This document shows positions 1-8,551 of a stretch of 39,238 nt of DNA, piece after piece (position 1 is the first letter of the stretch; every line of letters begins with the position of its first letter). Position numbers and translations under genes: made by a program. The notes under the pieces are model-generated. The model did no database searches. It saw nothing but the letters and a program-made list of their open reading frames with translations, and was not told the origin of the DNA. Origin of the DNA: a virus (lineage: Duplodnaviria; Heunggongvirae; Uroviricota; Caudoviricetes); IMG/VR virus record IMGVR_UViG_2728369393_000005; one strand, written 5' to 3'.

Positions 1-798
1 TTAATGAACATTCGTCGCCGAAAACGAGTCTGTATCATTAGTGCGATGCAGTCTCTGCAAAGGATCTTGTTGATAAAATTGGCAGAAACGTTGCCACAAT
101 GAAGGGAAACGAGGAGCAAAAAGTTCTGGGGCGCTAAAGAAATATTCAGAAAGTACGGCAAAACATTCAGCAGGATCACTGGCAGCATAAGCATCAATGC
201 TCGCCGCATTCTCGCCAACCAATTCGATTTCTTCCTGAATGTTGTTCATTGCAGCATGAAGATCGTGTTCCCAGCCAGCAACCTCACGCAACGGAATAAA
301 GGGAACTCCGCTGGCGCGATCGCCGTTACGGGTGTCCAGCTTATGAGCGACTTCATGAATAATCAGGTTAAAACCAGAAGCATCAAAAGAATCTTGTATA
401 TCCAACCAGTTCAAAACGATAGGCCCTTGCTGCCAGCTCTGACCTGACTGAACAATACGTTGGTTATGCACCAGACCGATATCGTCTTCCCATTCATCAT
501 CGACCACAAATGGCGCAGGATAAATTAAGACTTCATGAAAACCATCCAGCCATTCCAGTCCTAACTCCAGAACGGGTAGGCAAAATAGAAGTGCTATCCG
601 GCAGCTTCTTAATGAATCCAGTTCAAAGCCCTGTAAAGGAACAAGCCGCTTTTGCTGTAAAAAACGTTCGGCAAGAGTGACTAATTTGCTTTGTTCCTGT
701 TCCGTCAGACCCGTTAAAAGGGGGATCGATAGTGCTTCCTGCCAGGGAAGGGCAGTTTGATGTGCTGATTCTTGTACTTTCCAGGGCCACTTAATCAT
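1..798 (-). CDS. mtfA: MtfA (Mlc titration factor A, zinc-dependent peptidase)
   Basis: ORF 1..837 on minus strand; protein from [23 protein letters not shown] matches MtfA as I recall it; HEVAH zinc-peptidase motif present. Canonical start at 798 preferred over the upstream in-frame ATG at 837. Confidence 0.9.
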   Translation of the reverse strand: MIKWPWKVQESAHQTALPWQEALSIPLLTGLTEQEQSKLVTLAERFLQQKRLVPLQGFELDSLRSCRIALLFCLPVLELGLEWLDGFHEVLIYPAPFVVDDEWEDDIGLVHNQRIVQSGQSWQQGPIVLNWLDIQDSFDASGFNLIIHEVAHKLDTRNGDRASGVPFIPLREVAGWEHDLHAAMNNIQEEIELVGENAASIDAYAASDPAECFAVLSEYFFSAPELFAPRFPSLWQRFCQFYQQDPLQRLHRTNDTDSFSATNVH

Positions 799-891
799 CG
801 TTTTGCTCGCAAACTCGTCACTTGAACAAAATTGCACGGACAGGGACTGTTAAAATGCCAAATTTCCTGGCATCATGGCAACCATCTGAAC

Positions 892-981
892 GGAGAGATG
901 CCGGAGCGGCTGAACGGACCGGTCTCGAAAACCGGAGTGGGGGCAACTCCACCGGGGGTTCAAATCCCCCTCTCTCCGCCA
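892..981 (+). tRNA. serU: tRNA-Ser (anticodon CGA), 90 nt with long variable arm and CCA end
   Basis: GGAGAGA acceptor 5' end pairs with TCTCTCC before terminal GCCA; anticodon loop CTCGAAA gives anticodon CGA; GGTTCAAATCC T-loop; long variable arm typical of class II Ser tRNA. Confidence 0.9.
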
Positions 982-1027
982 AAATTCAATCACTTACACA
1001 TCATTAAGTCAGTGACAAAAATCACAC

Positions 1028-1063
1028 TTGGAATTACTTGGAATATTTTCTTGGAATATTTTC
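1028..1063. repeat. Direct repeats TTGGAAT(TAC) / TTGGAATATTTTC x2 overlapping the integrase stop codon; possible arm-type integrase binding sites
   Basis: cttggaattac-ttggaatattttc-ttggaatattttc read directly at 1027..1063, adjacent to the tRNA att region. Confidence 0.35.
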
Positions 1064-2059
1064 AGGTAACGGGACATCAAGTGTTGGTGAAACTTTAACC
1101 TTCCTGTCATAGATTAGCACTTGCCCCTCGGTTTTGTGACCAGAGAAAAGTTGCTTATCCCGGCTGCTTCCTTCATAGTCTGAAATTCCTTTCGCCTTCA
1201 GATCATGAAAGGTGAAGTCGGTTAAAATACCTGAAATTTTGCCTGCGCGATTTCTTGCTTCTACCCACATTTCGTTAAAGCCTTTGTACATATATCGGTT
1301 GCCATATTGATTGCTGATTACATAGACGGATGCTGGTAACTGTTTTGCTTTTTCGATCGCCGCCTGTAATCGTGGACTCCATGCTTTTATCTGTTTTTTC
1401 CCTGTTTTCCCTTGCTGGATAAAGATCCCGTCGTTTCCAATCTGCTCCCATTTCAGTGATAACACATCGGAAACCCTCGCTGCACACAGATAGGCAATTT
1501 CCATTGCGATAAAAACAGGAAGAGGTGCAACGCTTAATACTGCCTGGTATTCTTTGTCGGTTACATATCGTTCGCGGTTTTTGGCCTTGAATTTACTTAC
1601 ACCTGCACATGGGTTACCCTTCACGTAACCTCGCTCATACCCCCAACTGTAAACGCGGGACATACTGCTTTTTTCATGGTTGGCTTGCGTTTTACTCTGC
1701 TCCCCTCTTTTGTCCATGTATCGACGGATGTGTTCTGGTTTTATGGCATCCGCTGGTACCTTACCGAATACGGCAAGCAACTTTTTTTGATGTTGCAGAT
1801 AATCTTTTTGTGTTCTTGGACTAAGGTCACTGTAATAGGCGCTGGCGAGGAATTTTTCCCACAAGCGACCGAATGTCATTGCACGATCGTGATTATTTAC
1901 AGTTTCCTCATACTTTTTCCATAAAGCAGCTAAACCATCCTTGATGGCGGTTAGTGTTACAGATTCTCTGGATGTTGGTTTCCATACATAACTATATTTA
2001 TTTGGGTATACATTTGGAGGTAATTTTTCGTGTTCAGGATTTTTCCTTCGTCTTCCCAT
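1034..2059 (-). CDS. int: Tyrosine-type phage integrase (341 aa)
   Basis: ORF 1034..2059; C-terminal region carries recombinase-like HDLK ... GHK ... LIYDRK motifs; position and orientation next to a tRNA gene. Confidence 0.9.
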   Translation of the reverse strand: MGRRRKNPEHEKLPPNVYPNKYSYVWKPTSRESVTLTAIKDGLAALWKKYEETVNNHDRAMTFGRLWEKFLASAYYSDLSPRTQKDYLQHQKKLLAVFGKVPADAIKPEHIRRYMDKRGEQSKTQANHEKSSMSRVYSWGYERGYVKGNPCAGVSKFKAKNRERYVTDKEYQAVLSVAPLPVFIAMEIAYLCAARVSDVLSLKWEQIGNDGIFIQQGKTGKKQIKAWSPRLQAAIEKAKQLPASVYVISNQYGNRYMYKGFNEMWVEARNRAGKISGILTDFTFHDLKAKGISDYEGSSRDKQLFSGHKTEGQVLIYDRKVKVSPTLDVPLPENIPRKYSK

Positions 2060-2268
2060 CAGATTGCACCAAAATTCGGCTCTACCTCGCGTGGTGGTAA
2101 AGTTTTATTGCAGGTAAATAGATCCCGGCTGACAATCGGTTTGCCACTACGATTGGTATAGAACGGAAGCCCGTTTTCCATTAACCATTTTCGCTGGTGG
2201 CTTGCATATTTGCAGCCTGTTAATATTAGCAATTCATCTTCGGTTAAAAATAAGCTGCTCATAGCCAT
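2059..2268 (-). CDS. xis: Excisionase-like protein (69 aa)
   Basis: Small ORF immediately upstream of int whose stop overlaps the int start codon (2059..2061); typical xis position. Confidence 0.6.
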   Translation of the reverse strand: MAMSSLFLTEDELLILTGCKYASHQRKWLMENGLPFYTNRSGKPIVSRDLFTCNKTLPPREVEPNFGAI

Positions 2269-2320
2269 ATCTCATAACCGCCGCTAACTATATACGGTTA
2301 GCGGCAATTAGGGTTGAACA

Positions 2321-3238
2321 TTAAAAATCAGCCTGACTCGGGATCAGTTTTTGCCAGATAGCTGAAACGTATTTTGCCTGGTAACGAGCGTCATCAAGTG
2401 CATTATGGTGCTCACCTTCGAATGGGATAGCAGTTCTGGCATCGAAGTCTATGGCTTTCCCCAGCTCAACGATTGTGCGTACATCGCGATCGTTGCTGTA
2501 GCGCCACGGGCAGGGGATACCCTGTCGTTCGTATGAACGGCGTAAAATCACGTTGTCGAAGTTGGCCCCATTACCCCAGACCTGAACAAAAAATTCACCG
2601 GAGTTTTCGTCGATAAATTCCCGCAATTGCAGTAGTGCATCATCTAACGGGATTTCATCGGTCATAATGGCAGACTGCGCTTCACGTGATTGCTTCAGCC
2701 ACCATTTAATGACGTCACGATCAATGACTCCGCCAGCAGTATCCAGATCGATGGTCTTGCTAAATTCTGGTCCCATATCTCCGGTTTGCGGATCGAAAAA
2801 TATTGCGCCTATTGAGATAATCGGGGCATCGGGATTTTTTCCCATGGTTTCAAGGTCGATCATCAGATGAATCCCCGCTCTGCTGGTGGATGTGAGATTA
2901 TGATGACTGTTCGCCTTAATTAAGGGATCTGACGCCTCGCCAGTTTCACTATCGCTGGCATGATGCTGATTGCCGCCAGTGTTCTCCTTGTGCTGATGTG
3001 CAGTACCTTCCATTTCCTCCGGATCATTTTCCTGAACTTCAGGCTGATTCTCTTCATCGAATATTTCCTGGTATGTTGTGTCACCCATCACCGCGCCACA
3101 ATCAGGGCAGTTGCCGCCACCGCTCTGACCGCAGGCGGTGCAGACTTTTTCCGGTTCCTGTTGCTGGCTCGCTTGCAATATCTTTCCCGATTTCTCGCAG
3201 CACAGAATGCAATGTATGAGCTGCTGTTTTCTGTACAT
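2321..3238 (-). CDS. DEDDh (DnaQ-like) 3'-5' exonuclease with N-terminal Cys4 zinc-ribbon and acidic linker
   Basis: Motifs MIDLETMG, WGNGANFDNVIL and HNALDDARY fit Exo I/II/III of DEDDh exonucleases; N-terminus has CxxCC ... CTACG ... CPDCG cysteines followed by an acidic low-complexity stretch. Confidence 0.7.
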   Translation of the reverse strand: MYRKQQLIHCILCCEKSGKILQASQQQEPEKVCTACGQSGGGNCPDCGAVMGDTTYQEIFDEENQPEVQENDPEEMEGTAHQHKENTGGNQHHASDSETGEASDPLIKANSHHNLTSTSRAGIHLMIDLETMGKNPDAPIISIGAIFFDPQTGDMGPEFSKTIDLDTAGGVIDRDVIKWWLKQSREAQSAIMTDEIPLDDALLQLREFIDENSGEFFVQVWGNGANFDNVILRRSYERQGIPCPWRYSNDRDVRTIVELGKAIDFDARTAIPFEGEHHNALDDARYQAKYVSAIWQKLIPSQADF

Positions 3239-3274
3239 CAGACGGTAAATCTTTAAATTCCATCGTCAGCCTCA

Positions 3275-3520
3275 TCAGTCAGTGTTTCTGGCTAACCAGC
3301 AACGCGCGCCAGATTCGGTTTTAAACGTTTTGCTTTTGGTATATGTCATCGCGGTGAACGTACCGCCCTGGTTGGGGAACACGCCGTACACCAGAGATTC
3401 GTTGTTGCCAAGATCGATAGTATCCATGTTGACCTCATTTCCCCTTAACGCCGGGGTAGCGGAACTGTTTGCTGAGAACACCGTGCGGTGTCTTGATGGA
3501 TCGTAATTTAGTTTTCTCAT
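3275..3520 (-). CDS. Hypothetical early leftward-operon protein (81 aa)
   Basis: ORF on the same strand as the exo/xis/int operon; start codon embedded in one of the operator-like ATGAGAAAACT motifs; no recognisable domain. Confidence 0.5.
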   Translation of the reverse strand: MRKLNYDPSRHRTVFSANSSATPALRGNEVNMDTIDLGNNESLVYGVFPNQGGTFTAMTYTKSKTFKTESGARCWLARNTD

Positions 3521-3557
3521 GAATATTGGTCAAGTGCTTTTGATGAGAAAACTCAAT
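3503..3557. promoter_or_regulatory. Operator-like inverted repeat (OL-like) downstream of the repressor gene
   Basis: ATTTAGTTTTCTCAT (3506..3520) and ATGAGAAAACTCAAT (3543..3557) form 14/15-bp inverted arms separated by 22 bp; same core GAGAAAACT recurs at 4010..4018 (minus) and 4079..4087. Confidence 0.4.
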
Positions 3558-3618
3558 ATTTAATGCAAAATAAAGCCAATACATTGAAATGTAAGGCTTT
3601 AAAATTTGTGAAGGGGGG

Positions 3619-4026
3619 TTATTGATGTTTGTTACGTTTGCGAGCTTCTAGTAGCTCGGTGAATAGGCGATTAAAATTCTCAACGCGGGCACGGAGTTCG
3701 CTGATTTGTGCTTGCTGCTCTGATTTTGGAAGTGCGCGATACAATCGCAACATCTCCAACTCATCTTCCGATAAGTCTAAGGCGCTGTTGAGTGCAACTG
3801 GTGGATCTGGTGTTTTATCCTCGTCACCAAACAGTATCCAAGTTGGTGAACATTGCAATACCTCAGCCAGGCGATGCAAATTTTGCCCGCGCGGGGCTGT
3901 ATGGTCGCTTTCCCATAGTGAAATTGATGAGCCAGATACGCCAGCAGCTTTGCTTAAATCGTTTTGACTTAAACCAACCTGTTTGCGTCTTTCTCTAATT
4001 CGTTGACCTAAAGTTTTCTCGTTCAT
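3619..4026 (-). CDS. XRE-family HTH repressor (135 aa, no S24 peptidase domain)
   Basis: N-terminal LGQRIRERRKQVGLSQNDLSKAAGVSGSSISLWE is a classic Cro/CI-type helix-turn-helix; divergent from the cro-like gene. Confidence 0.8.
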   Translation of the reverse strand: MNEKTLGQRIRERRKQVGLSQNDLSKAAGVSGSSISLWESDHTAPRGQNLHRLAEVLQCSPTWILFGDEDKTPDPPVALNSALDLSEDELEMLRLYRALPKSEQQAQISELRARVENFNRLFTELLEARKRNKHQ

Positions 4027-4048
4027 ATTTAGATATCTTAATAACCCT

Positions 4049-4091
4049 TGACTTGAGATTCCTTGAGTGATTACTATTGAGAAAACTCAAC
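4049..4091 (+). promoter_or_regulatory. Rightward promoter/operator (pR/OR-like): -35 TTGACT, 17-bp spacer, -10 TACTAT, TTGAG half-sites
   Basis: TTGACT at 4049..4054 and TACTAT at 4072..4077; TTGAG at 4053, 4063 and 4077 (about 10-14 bp apart); TTGAGAAAACTCAA at 4077..4090 has palindromic arms. Confidence 0.45.
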
Positions 4092-4103
4092 TTTGGAGGG
4101 GTG

Positions 4104-4331
4104 ATGTTTAAATCAGACGTAATTAATTTTTATGGGACGAAAGCCAAAGTAGCGAAAGCTGCTGGTGTTGATCCATCTGCTGTTTCTCAATGGGGGGAAC
4201 TGGTTCCTGAAGGTCGCGCGATGCGCCTGCAAGAGGCATCCGGCGGGGAACTTCAGTACGACCCCAAAGTTTATGACGAATATCGTAAGGCAAAGCGGGC
4301 GGGGCGGTTGAACAATGAAAATCACCCCTGA
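4104..4331 (+). CDS. Cro-like HTH regulator (75 aa from ATG 4104; ORF track starts at TTG 4077)
   Basis: GGAGG Shine-Dalgarno at 4095..4099 before ATG 4104; KAKVAKAAGVDPSAVSQW is HTH-like; divergent from the repressor. Confidence 0.65.
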   Translation: MFKSDVINFYGTKAKVAKAAGVDPSAVSQWGELVPEGRAMRLQEASGGELQYDPKVYDEYRKAKRAGRLNNENHP

Positions 4332-4866
4332 ACAGGTTTGTGAGGCTCTGGATGCCTGGGTATGCCGACCAGGAATGACACAGGAGCAGGCGACGATATT
4401 AATCACGGAAGCATTCTGGGCTCTGAAAGAACGCCCGAACATCGATGTTCAACGCGTCACGTTTAATGATGGCGAGGTTGATCAACGGGCGCTGTGCGTT
4501 AACCGGGTGAAGATATTCGAACGCTGGAAAGCTATCGACACCAGGGATAAGCGGAAAAAATTCACGGCGCTGATTCCGGCAATTATGGAGGCTATCCGAA
4601 TTAGTGATTTCAGGCTGTATCGTGAGATCAGTGATGGAAAAAGCATTACGTACATGATCGCCGGATTAAACAAAGAATATGGCGATGTGGTGGAGTCCGG
4701 GCTGCTTTTTGCGGATCCATCTGTTGTGGAACGTGAGACTGACGTGCTTATAGAAAAAGCTATTGCTTTCAAGCATGCGTATCGTCAGCAATATCAATAT
4801 TACTTTGCAGATAAACAAATGTCTGCCAGGGGTTCGTATGAGTATCGATGCACTACGATGGGCTAA
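4315..4866 (+). CDS. Hypothetical early protein in the cII position (183 aa; possibly YdaT/CII-like regulator)
   Basis: ORF between cro-like and replication genes; start overlaps the cro-like stop; no motif I can name with confidence. Confidence 0.45.
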   Translation: MKITPEQVCEALDAWVCRPGMTQEQATILITEAFWALKERPNIDVQRVTFNDGEVDQRALCVNRVKIFERWKAIDTRDKRKKFTALIPAIMEAIRISDFRLYREISDGKSITYMIAGLNKEYGDVVESGLLFADPSVVERETDVLIEKAIAFKHAYRQQYQYYFADKQMSARGSYEYRCTTMG

Positions 4867-5878
4867 AAAGGTGAAAACCGGCAGTTCATCCAGTAAGTCT
4901 GTATTGACCTGGCTTGCTGATATGTGCGGTGCCGATTTGTGTGCATACCCGTCTGTATCTGCACTGGCAGAAGTAACGGAACTGAACAAAAAGACTGTGC
5001 AGGACAGCTTACGACACCTGATGGAGATTGGGTTAATTGTTGATACCGGTGAGAGAAAAGGCAGAACAAAGCAAATTGTGGTGTACCGACTTATCGGTGT
5101 AGAAGAAAGTGTTGCCGAGCCTGAATACACCCAAAAACGGGAGTCTTTAAAGGTGGGTAAAATCGGTGCTGTTAATAAAAACAGTACCGAAAATGGTTAT
5201 GTTTCAGCACAAAACAGACCCAAAAACGGAACTCTTAGCTGCATGGAAAATAACCAAAGACACCCAAATTTTCCATCAAAGACACCCAAAAACGGATCAC
5301 GGAACCCAAAGGAACCCAAAGAGCTAAACCCCACACATAACGCACGCGAGAGTGCTCCGACCAGTGAGCAGAAAGTTTTGTCGTTACAGGCTGCACCTCC
5401 TGTATTCCTGGATGGCCTGAGCGAACCCATCGAAAAATTTCCGATGACCGATAGCTGGTATCCGTCACGGGATTTTCGACGACGGGCTGCGTTGTGGGGG
5501 ATGGCTTTGCCGGAGACAGAATTCACACCTGCTGAACTTGCCGCCTTCCGGGACTACTGGGCTGCTGAGGGGAAAGTGTTTACGCAGATTCAGTGGGAGC
5601 AGAAATTCGCCCGTCACGTAAATCACGTCAGGGCGCAGGTTAAACCAGTCAGCAAGGGGGTAAACCATGCAGCAGCACCAGGTGACACCGCATCACGGGC
5701 AGTTCAGGAAATTCGGGCAGCACGTGAGCAGTGGGAACGTGAAAACGGATTTATCAGCGACGGAAACGGCCTGGAAGCTGTGGGAACTCATGGGGGAGGT
5801 TTATTCGAACCGCTGGACCCAGAAGAACGGGGCCGCACCTTCGAAGCTCTGGATTGCACAGATTGGTGCGATGACTGA
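4838..5878 (+). CDS. Replication initiation protein, O-like, with N-terminal winged helix (3' end uncertain)
   Basis: MSIDALRWAKKV ... LAEVTELNKKTVQDSLRHLMEIGLIVDTG resembles phage replication-initiator N-termini; the last ~70 codons overlap the P-like gene and may be frameshift read-through after the G5 run at 5656..5660. Confidence 0.55.
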   Translation: MSIDALRWAKKVKTGSSSSKSVLTWLADMCGADLCAYPSVSALAEVTELNKKTVQDSLRHLMEIGLIVDTGERKGRTKQIVVYRLIGVEESVAEPEYTQKRESLKVGKIGAVNKNSTENGYVSAQNRPKNGTLSCMENNQRHPNFPSKTPKNGSRNPKEPKELNPTHNARESAPTSEQKVLSLQAAPPVFLDGLSEPIEKFPMTDSWYPSRDFRRRAALWGMALPETEFTPAELAAFRDYWAAEGKVFTQIQWEQKFARHVNHVRAQVKPVSKGVNHAAAPGDTASRAVQEIRAAREQWERENGFISDGNGLEAVGTHGGGLFEPLDPEERGRTFEALDCTDWCDD

Positions 5879-6332
5879 GCAGCAAATCCGACAGGTCTGC
5901 CGCCAGTGCATGGACCGCTGCCGGGCGGGTGAAACATGGCCTCCGGACCTGGCTGAGTTTGTGGCGCTGATTTCGGAAAGCGGAGCCAATCCATTCGGTC
6001 TGACGGTGGATGCCGTGATGGAGGAGTACCGTCGCTGGCGCAACGAGTCCTGGCGATACGACGGGAGCGATAAATACCCGTGGTCTCAGCCTGTGCTGTA
6101 TCACATTTGCCTCGAGATGCGTTCAAAGGGGATTGAGCGGCAGATGACCGAAGGGGAGTTAAAACGGCTTGCAGAACGGCAGCTGACGAAATGGGCAAAG
6201 CATGTTAGTAACGGCCTGAGTGTTCCGCCAGTCCGGCGACAACTGGCGGCACCCAAACGCCCGTCGGGGCCAACGCCAATTGAGTTGCTGAAACAGGAAT
6301 ATGAACGCCGGAAAGCGGCTGGGCTTGTCTGA
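5667..6332 (+). CDS. Replication protein P-like (helicase loader)
   Basis: Central and C-terminal similarity to lambda P as recalled (WIAQIGAMTEQQIRQV versus WVLAFRENGITTMEQV; YPW ... RQL region); follows the O-like gene. Confidence 0.6.
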   Translation: MQQHQVTPHHGQFRKFGQHVSSGNVKTDLSATETAWKLWELMGEVYSNRWTQKNGAAPSKLWIAQIGAMTEQQIRQVCRQCMDRCRAGETWPPDLAEFVALISESGANPFGLTVDAVMEEYRRWRNESWRYDGSDKYPWSQPVLYHICLEMRSKGIERQMTEGELKRLAERQLTKWAKHVSNGLSVPPVRRQLAAPKRPSGPTPIELLKQEYERRKAAGLV

Positions 6333-6364
6333 GTTGAGAAGTAATTTTTACCGGGAGGAAATTT

Positions 6365-6639
6365 ATGGAGACTGTTTTTGACGCACTGAAAGCAATGGGA
6401 AAAGCCACATCCATAGAACTTGCTGCGCGCGTGAAGAAGTGCTGAACGAACTATGGGAACTGAAAAAGGCTGGTTTTGTTGATAAAAGCGCGTACACCTG
6501 GCGTGTGGCTGATAACAACGTTCAGCAGGAACAGCCAGCGCAGGCAGAACTGCCGGAAGAAACCACCACAATGAGTGAAGTTATGCAGCGCATACTGGCA
6601 TTTTATCAGGGAAATGTTCGATATTTTAGACGTTACTAG
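6365..6639 (+). pseudogene. Small winged-helix-like protein split by a frameshift near 6431..6445
   Basis: ATG 6365 frame ([26 protein letters not shown]-stop) switches to the ORF 6439..6639 frame ([26 protein letters not shown]); the two halves read as one protein with a single-base indel. Confidence 0.4.
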
Positions 6640-7082
6640 ATTAAAGAGCATTAGTTCAGATGTGAATTGACATTGTGTGGCACAGGGTTGGGCTAGCGTG
6701 GGGGTTTGCTTTGTGTAAGAAACGGATGCTCTGCAAATTACTACTAATGCTTAATGTTAGTCTGATCTGCTCCCCGATGATTAATTAATACACCGCTATG
6801 TTAGTAATGTCTGTAGATCGCTGTGTGTTGCATCCATCGGTTGACCCCACAGTCCAAACCAGACTGTCAGCTTTGATTCGATTCTATCTACTCAACCTGT
6901 CAGGTAATGTCTGAGCTAATACACAGAGTACGGCTATCGCGAACTTTAAGCTAGGTATCTGATACGCACCGTTCACTTGGTTGTACTTCTTGCACTGACT
7001 AGCTATCGTGCGCAGTTATTTATAGGTAATCTCCAGTGTATAATTTTCCAACTTATGGGAGATTGTAAAACAGGAGGAATAT

Positions 7083-7925
7083 ATGAGGAAAAAATCGTTT
7101 GGACGTTGCCCGTTTGATTTCGACGAAGATGTAAAAAAAATAGCCGCGATAAATAAATATATCCATGCGAAATTTGAGAGGCATAAAAATAAAATAGATA
7201 ACCTAAAGGGGGTGGAACAAAAATTGATGGTTTTACATTACTTTAATGTACTGAATGAACTTAGTAATCAGGCTATATTTTCTTTGAGTACCGGAGCCTT
7301 TTCAGCATCGGAAGTATTAACTAGAGTTATAATGGAACAGGCTGCCAATCAATTTTATATAGCAATTGATGATGGAAAAAATGCACAAGCATTACTCAAG
7401 GGTAGTAAGAAATTAGTTCATAGTAATGGGAAACGGTGGCTGGAGTGTTTAAAATCCAAAGAAATGACTAATCCAGCAGCAGATGAAAGGATTCGTATCG
7501 GAAAAGAGCTAACTGATATGTTTAATAGATTGTGGCCAAATACACCTGAATATCCTGGAACCAAAAAGCTTTTCGAAGTAATTGGCTGGGAAACACACTA
7601 TCATGCCTATTACGTCCCTCTTTGTGATTCAATACATACATTCTCTGATGATATGGCAAATATAGTATCTCTATATAATGCAATCCAAAGCGATAAAACT
7701 ACTGCTATCGAACTCACTCTTGCAGTTAAACAAGAAAATAAACGGCTGGCAATTTATAATGTCGTAATTGCTATTGGCCTGCGGTGTGAGGCCTTAGTAA
7801 ATGTATTTAACTCTTTAGGTTATCGAGATATTATAACTGAAATGGCGCCAACAATAGATGCAGTCAACCAGATTATAATTCGATATGATGATTTCGAACA
7901 TTCCAGAATTTTTTATTGTCAATAA
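7083..7925 (+). CDS. Hypothetical 280-aa protein with its own promoter and strong RBS; function unknown
   Basis: AGGAGG at 7071..7076 before ATG 7083; TATAAT at 7043..7048; long AT-rich ORF; C-terminal RYDDFEH fits a loose Rx4-6H pattern, speculative. Confidence 0.6.
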   Translation: MRKKSFGRCPFDFDEDVKKIAAINKYIHAKFERHKNKIDNLKGVEQKLMVLHYFNVLNELSNQAIFSLSTGAFSASEVLTRVIMEQAANQFYIAIDDGKNAQALLKGSKKLVHSNGKRWLECLKSKEMTNPAADERIRIGKELTDMFNRLWPNTPEYPGTKKLFEVIGWETHYHAYYVPLCDSIHTFSDDMANIVSLYNAIQSDKTTAIELTLAVKQENKRLAIYNVVIAIGLRCEALVNVFNSLGYRDIITEMAPTIDAVNQIIIRYDDFEHSRIFYCQ

Positions 7926-7999
7926 TTAATTGGCAGAATTCGTACATGCACAACAACTAGTTATAGTTGACCTATTTCGCTCTTGAGAGACAACCATAC

Positions 8000-8551
8000 T
8001 CAAATCTTCCACATTGCAGGAGATTTGAGTATGAATACGTCACCGAGGAACAAAGACAGTATCATAGGCCCAAAAAGACCACTTCAGATATCTCATATCT
8101 GGGGGCTCCAAATCCGGCTTGAACTGGAAGGTAAAACGCGTGATTTAGCTCGGTTTCAAGCAGAGCTACGGTGCTGCAACTGAAAAACTGGCAGTCCTAT
8201 CCAATTTGAGATAACCAAAGGGACAAGAGAAGCTGTTTCTGCATTGATAAAGCTTGGCAATTTACGCAGTAAAGACTACTTGTTCCGATCTCGGGTCGGT
8301 ACTAACCAACACATATCAATCCTGCAATATAACCGAATCTTTCATAGGAGGGAGAAAAGCTTGGTCTCGAAGATTCGCTTTACAGCACACATTCCATGAG
8401 AAGAACAAAACCTTGCCTTGTCTGCAAGAAAACTAAGAATCTCCGGGTGATCCAACTTCCGTTGGGCCATAAGAAAACGGAAAGCACAGTTCGTTATCTG
8501 GGTATAGAAGTTGATGATGCATTAGAGATCTCTGAATCGATCGAAGTCTAA
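8000..8551 (+). pseudogene. Decayed tyrosine recombinase gene (fragments in three frames)
   Basis: Fragments KDYLFRSRVGTNQHIS, ALQHTFHEK and LRVIQLPLGHKKTESTVRYLGIEV-stop (ends 8551) resemble recombinase box II and the C-terminal LGH-x8-Y catalytic tyrosine region, but lie in different frames. Confidence 0.45.

Noticed and set aside
2960-3256. 98-aa and 73-aa plus-strand ORFs inside the exonuclease gene
   Set aside because: Antisense to a well-supported DEDDh exonuclease ORF; no independent signal.
3282-3506. 74-aa plus-strand ORF
   Set aside because: Lies entirely antisense within the 81-aa minus-strand gene of the leftward operon; no start context; likely spurious.
4113-5130. Several minus-strand ORFs (109, 96, 154 aa) across the cro-like to O-like region
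   Set aside because: Antisense to the coherent rightward early operon; low-complexity translations; no RBS.
5754-6571. Minus-strand ORFs of 116-156 aa antisense to the P-like gene
   Set aside because: Arg/Pro-rich translations typical of antisense GC-rich coding sequence; overlap a gene with recognisable homology.
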